From assembly GCA_040285855.1 (NCBI GenBank), contig JAUFOQ010000016.1, positions 682,001 through 746,000 on the forward strand: a stretch of DNA of 64,000 bases. Reading direction: 5' to 3'. Of this stretch, positions 59,849-64,000 are shown piece by piece. The position numbers were made by a program, and so were the translations under genes. The stretch comes from Eukaryota sp. GEM-RC1 (lineage: Eukaryota). The notes beneath the pieces were generated by a model. That model was not told the DNA's origin, did not search any database, and worked only from the letters and a program-made list of their open reading frames with translations. Numbering within the stretch: the stretch's first letter is position 1; each line of letters begins with the position of its first letter.

Positions 59849-62800
59849 TGTTAGCCAAAGGTAATTGTATAGTATCAAGTAGGATTATTTCACTTTATAA
59901 ACACCTTTATCTTACCTCTTTCACCAACAGGTATCAATAATTATTGTCTTATGGTGAAAAGACGACAAGACATTAACTCTAGGCCTCAAGTTGATGAAGT
60001 CAGCTCATCAGAATATGCTTCTGATAGCTCTTCATCATCATCTTCGTCATCCGGTGTAAGCCCTGATCCGTCAGGCAACCGAAGTCCCCCATCCAACACG
60101 GAAGGCGGAAGTCCTTCTCTCTCATCTTCGGAAGGCAGAGATAGGACTGGTGTAAGACCCCCATCCTCTACGGAAGGCGGCAACCCGGAGGACCTAAGAC
60201 CCCCATCCAATACGGAAGGCGGCAGTCAAGGAGGTTCTACTTCTTCAGCCTTTGACATTGAGTCTTTGCTGAACAAGTTTAGACCTCCTGGAGGTTACCA
60301 GCAACGTTACGCTGCCACTTTCTCAGCCGTAACTAACCAAGAAATGGTTTCCTCCACTCCTCAGGTATCCTCACAAGGTATTCCTCTTAGTACCTCTTTT
60401 CAAAATAGTGTAGTTTTAGATAATAAAGATAATGTATCGGACAGTATTCCAGCTTCTCCTGTGAGATCAGCTGAAGTAGCAAAGGCAATTCGTCTTCTAG
60501 AAGAATCCTTAGCTAAGAGTAAGACCATGAGTGCAGAAGTTAGCAACAAACTTCTTGCTGAACAGGAACATAACCTTCAACGAATGCAAATGTCTGCTGA
60601 AGACCGTGCTCGTGAAGTGCAAAGACAAGTCGGGAGTGTTGGTATGGGTTTCCAGCCTGATGCCATCCCTGATAGTCGAATTCCTTGGGTAAGTCCACAT
60701 GATCAGACCGTTTCAATCTCTGACTCTGATATGTGGCACCTAGCAAAGTTCCGTCCATGGCACCCAGTACTCAGGAACCGTATGCCAGAAGGTAGGCATT
60801 ATCTTCTGCGCAACGTTCCACCTGGTACCTCACCTGAAGTTATTGAACAATTTCTAGGAAGTTGGTACAACAGGGAGTCTGAAGACACTTACAGATACCC
60901 AGCTGTCAGTTCTTGGGATCCTCGTCATGGGATCATCATTGAACCTCTTGAGCCAAAGTATGACGGTAAGTTCAGTAGTCCCATTGTGCTTGTTGTCTAC
61001 AACGACCACAAAAAGAAGCCTCGTTTGACTGGTGACTTCAGTGGACTAGACGGGATTAACGCTAATACCAGACCGGTGAAACCAAACTTACCACGGATCT
61101 GTGATGTTCTAGAGTTCCTTTCGAAAGCAAATTTCATTGGAACACTTGACCTTCCTAAAGCATTCTGGCAGCTAAAGGTAGCTGAGGAAGATGTCGAGAA
61201 GACCAGTGTATCTATACCTGGAATGTCAATTAGCTTCAAACGAGCATGTTTTGGTTTGAAAAACGTACCAGCAATTTTCCAAAACATCATGATGGAAATA
61301 TTCGATGTGGAAGGTGTATTCATTTATATAGACGATATAATTGTAGTAGGTGACACTTTCGAACAGTTTATTTCAAGAATAAATCTAGTACTGGAACGAG
61401 CAGAACGTTTTAGAGTACGGATTGGATTACGGAAGTGTAGGTTCACCACTTCAAAACATCCTAATAAGATTCTGGGCAGCAATTTTTGCAACAAAACCCG
61501 TAGCATTGATGAGAACAGAGTTTCGGCTTTAATTGAGCTTCCAGCTCCCTCAACATTACCCGAGGTAAGAAGTTTACTTGGTACATTAAATTAGGTTCGT
61601 GAATGGATTCCGAATTATTCAAATTTGACTGCCCCAATCAATGAACTCACTCGTGGAAAACCCAAGAAAATTCTTTGGACGAAAGACCATGATGCTTTAC
61701 TTACACAATTAAAGTCTGAGATAAAAGATCACATGGCACTTGATTTACCTGATACTGATAAGAATATTATCATATCAACTGATGCATCCAACATTGCGGT
61801 TGGTGGTGTGATCTGGCAGGAAGAAAATCCCCCAGCTCCTCCAGGTACTCCGTTAGAAGAACGTAGAGTCAGACCTGTATCTTTTTATAGCCGTTTACTC
61901 AATGACAGTCAACAGAATTGGGCAGCTGTCCAGAAAGAGCTGTATGTCATTCTCTTGATTCTGACCGAATCTAGTTTAGAAAGTTTCCTGTTAAGTAGGC
62001 ACTTGACGATCTTTACAGATCATAGGAACTTGGCCTATCTAATATCAGCTCCAGAGAAGAATCGCATTGTAAAAACGATGGATTCCCATTTTATCTGAGT
62101 TCGATTTTGAGATAGTGCACGTAGCTGGTAAAAACAATCAATGGGCTGACATGTTATCACGTGTTATTGACCGACGCCCAATTGAAACAATCAAATCTTT
62201 GACGATATCAAACCCTTCCATCAAAAATGATATAACCCTTTGTTATGGAGACTTACGCTTTGATGATGCAGATTATTATGAGACGCTTCCACGTAGGACC
62301 AACGTGCTAGCAATCAAGTGTCTTCGTGACCTCTCATTCGACAATAAACTTCCTTTATTTGATTCTTGGCTATCAACCATAAGGTTAGAACAAACTAAAG
62401 CGATAGAACAAGGAGATGAACTGTTCAATGGCTCAACGTTTTGTACGAAGAGCAACATATACATCAACTCCAAGAACAAGATTTTGATTCCATCTAGCTT
62501 GATAAAGAAGGTTCTTTACATGCTGCATGGCTTAGTCCAGTCAGGACATCCAAACAAGAAACAAAGTTTGGACATACTGTGCAATAGTGGGTACTTTTGG
62601 CCAAGTATGAAAGCCGACATGAAGAAACATGTCGAGCAATGCCCTGCGTGTCAGAAAACGGCACCTGTCCCCAAAAGGACTATTGAATCGACGGGTTCTC
62701 TATGGGCTGATAGACCTTTTGCAAGACTCAATGTCGATACAATTGGTCCACTTCCAAAAGATCAGAGTGGAAACCAATACCTCTTGGTGTTTGTAGATTC

Positions 62801-63962
62801 GTTCACCAGATACACCATTCTGAGCCCCCTCGAAGAACTCAACAGTAACGCATATCGTCTTGTGTGGGATGTGATTGCCATCTTTGGTATACCGTTGTGT
62901 ATACATAGTGACAATGGTACCGAGTTTGCCAATGCTATTTTTGAGGCAGTTTGTAACCTACTGGCGATTGAAGTAAGTCGTTCGATTCCTCATTTCTCCC
63001 AGAGTAATGGGCTGGTGGAACGACGTCACAGAGACGTTCTGCAGAGCCTACGTCGTCTCCTCGTGGACTTCAATGATTATGACAATTGGTTAACGTACAT
63101 TCCGACTGTACAGTTGCAAATCAACGCAACAAAGAGTTCAGTTACTGGACATACTCCCTACGAACTGATGTTCGGTAGCGATATAAGTCCTGGCGCAGAT
63201 CCTAGTAATTTACTAGATGCCGTTGAGAAATCAACAAAGAATGTTCCGTTTATTAACGACATTAAAATGAAACTAGATCGACTAACAAAAAGAGAGAAGA
63301 GGCAGAGGTTCGTCAATCAAATCTCAAGCCTAAGAAGAAACGTGAATCTAGTCAATCATTTAAGATTGGTGATCTTGTGTTAAAAGTCGCCAAAACTAGT
63401 AAACTCCATGGTAATTACACTGGACCATTTCTAGTAGTATCAGTTGATTCGAAATCTTCTGTATCTTTAAAGAATCTGATCACTGGTCATGTTGGCAAGA
63501 CCAGCATCCATCAATGTAAGATCTTTCAATCAGATCTACCAGCTGATCACGATCTCCACAGAGCAATTGCTTCAGGTGATTCTGAAGAACACATCGTTGT
63601 AAGGATCCTTGACAGGTTCAATACTCCTGATGGTGAACACTGTACGGTCCTCTGGTTTGGTGGTGACACTTCATCAGTTCCCACCAAGGACATCAAGAAC
63701 ACCAAGGCCTACAGTGATTTTTGTAAATTAGAAAATGTAGATTTATTTCATAGTAGTAACAAGAAGCCTAAGCTCAAACGCACCTCGAGTAGTAAGAGTA
63801 ATCCTAAGTCACCCTCTAACGTAAAGACACCTGTGGCTAAGAGAACAAGGAGCTCGAAAGAGGAGAAGATGTAGTGTTAGCCAAAGGTAATTGTATAGTA
63901 TCAAGTAGGATTATTTCACTTTATAAACACCTTTATCTTACCTCTTTCACCAACAGGTATCA
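59849..63962 (+). mobile_element. Ty3/gypsy LTR retrotransposon with chromodomain-like tail (4114 bp), internally deleted/defective
   Basis: Identical 88-bp LTRs (59849-59936, 63875-63962; TG...CA), TSD GTAC and a PPT. RT (LDLPKAFWQ, FGLKN, YIDD), RNase H (STDAS, TDHRNL), integrase (H-H-C-C, SDNGTEF, NGLVE) and chromo-like tail. TAG at 61592 and two frameshifts. Confidence 0.95.
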
Positions 63963-64000
63963 GTACGTCCGTACGTACGGTACAATACGGTACGGTACGC

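Overview
AT-rich, gene-dense eukaryotic DNA from a flagellated protist. Ciliary genes are present (ARL6-like, AHI1, CFAP298, UNC119). The compact organisation resembles a metamonad, which is inference only. Islands of housekeeping genes (MCM10, TIMELESS, a TFIIIC subunit, SRPRB, DPH7, a UBE2J/Ubc6-type E2, TBL2, PSMD11, PSMB3, an amino-acid transporter) sit head-to-head or tail-to-tail with 12-133 bp gaps. They alternate with transposon graveyards: hAT, MULE, pogo-like, RLE/CRE-type LINE fragments and a chromodomain Ty3/gypsy element with 88-bp LTRs. A short U2 snRNA gene is present. Six 26-33 nt GT-AG introns could be reconstructed, all with the putative branch A exactly 7 nt from the 3' end. 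Many genes are split by single-base indels in homopolymers in both directions, most likely long-read assembly errors. The most novel-looking signal is three 2A/StopGo-type motifs (GDVESNPGP, GDVELNPGP, GDIESNP[D]P). Two of them flank Ulp1/C48 protease-like segments, and they lie in two diverged, oppositely oriented copies of an unidentified decayed element at about 11.6-13.7 kb and 17.1-20.2 kb. All homology calls are from motif recognition by eye; no searches were run.
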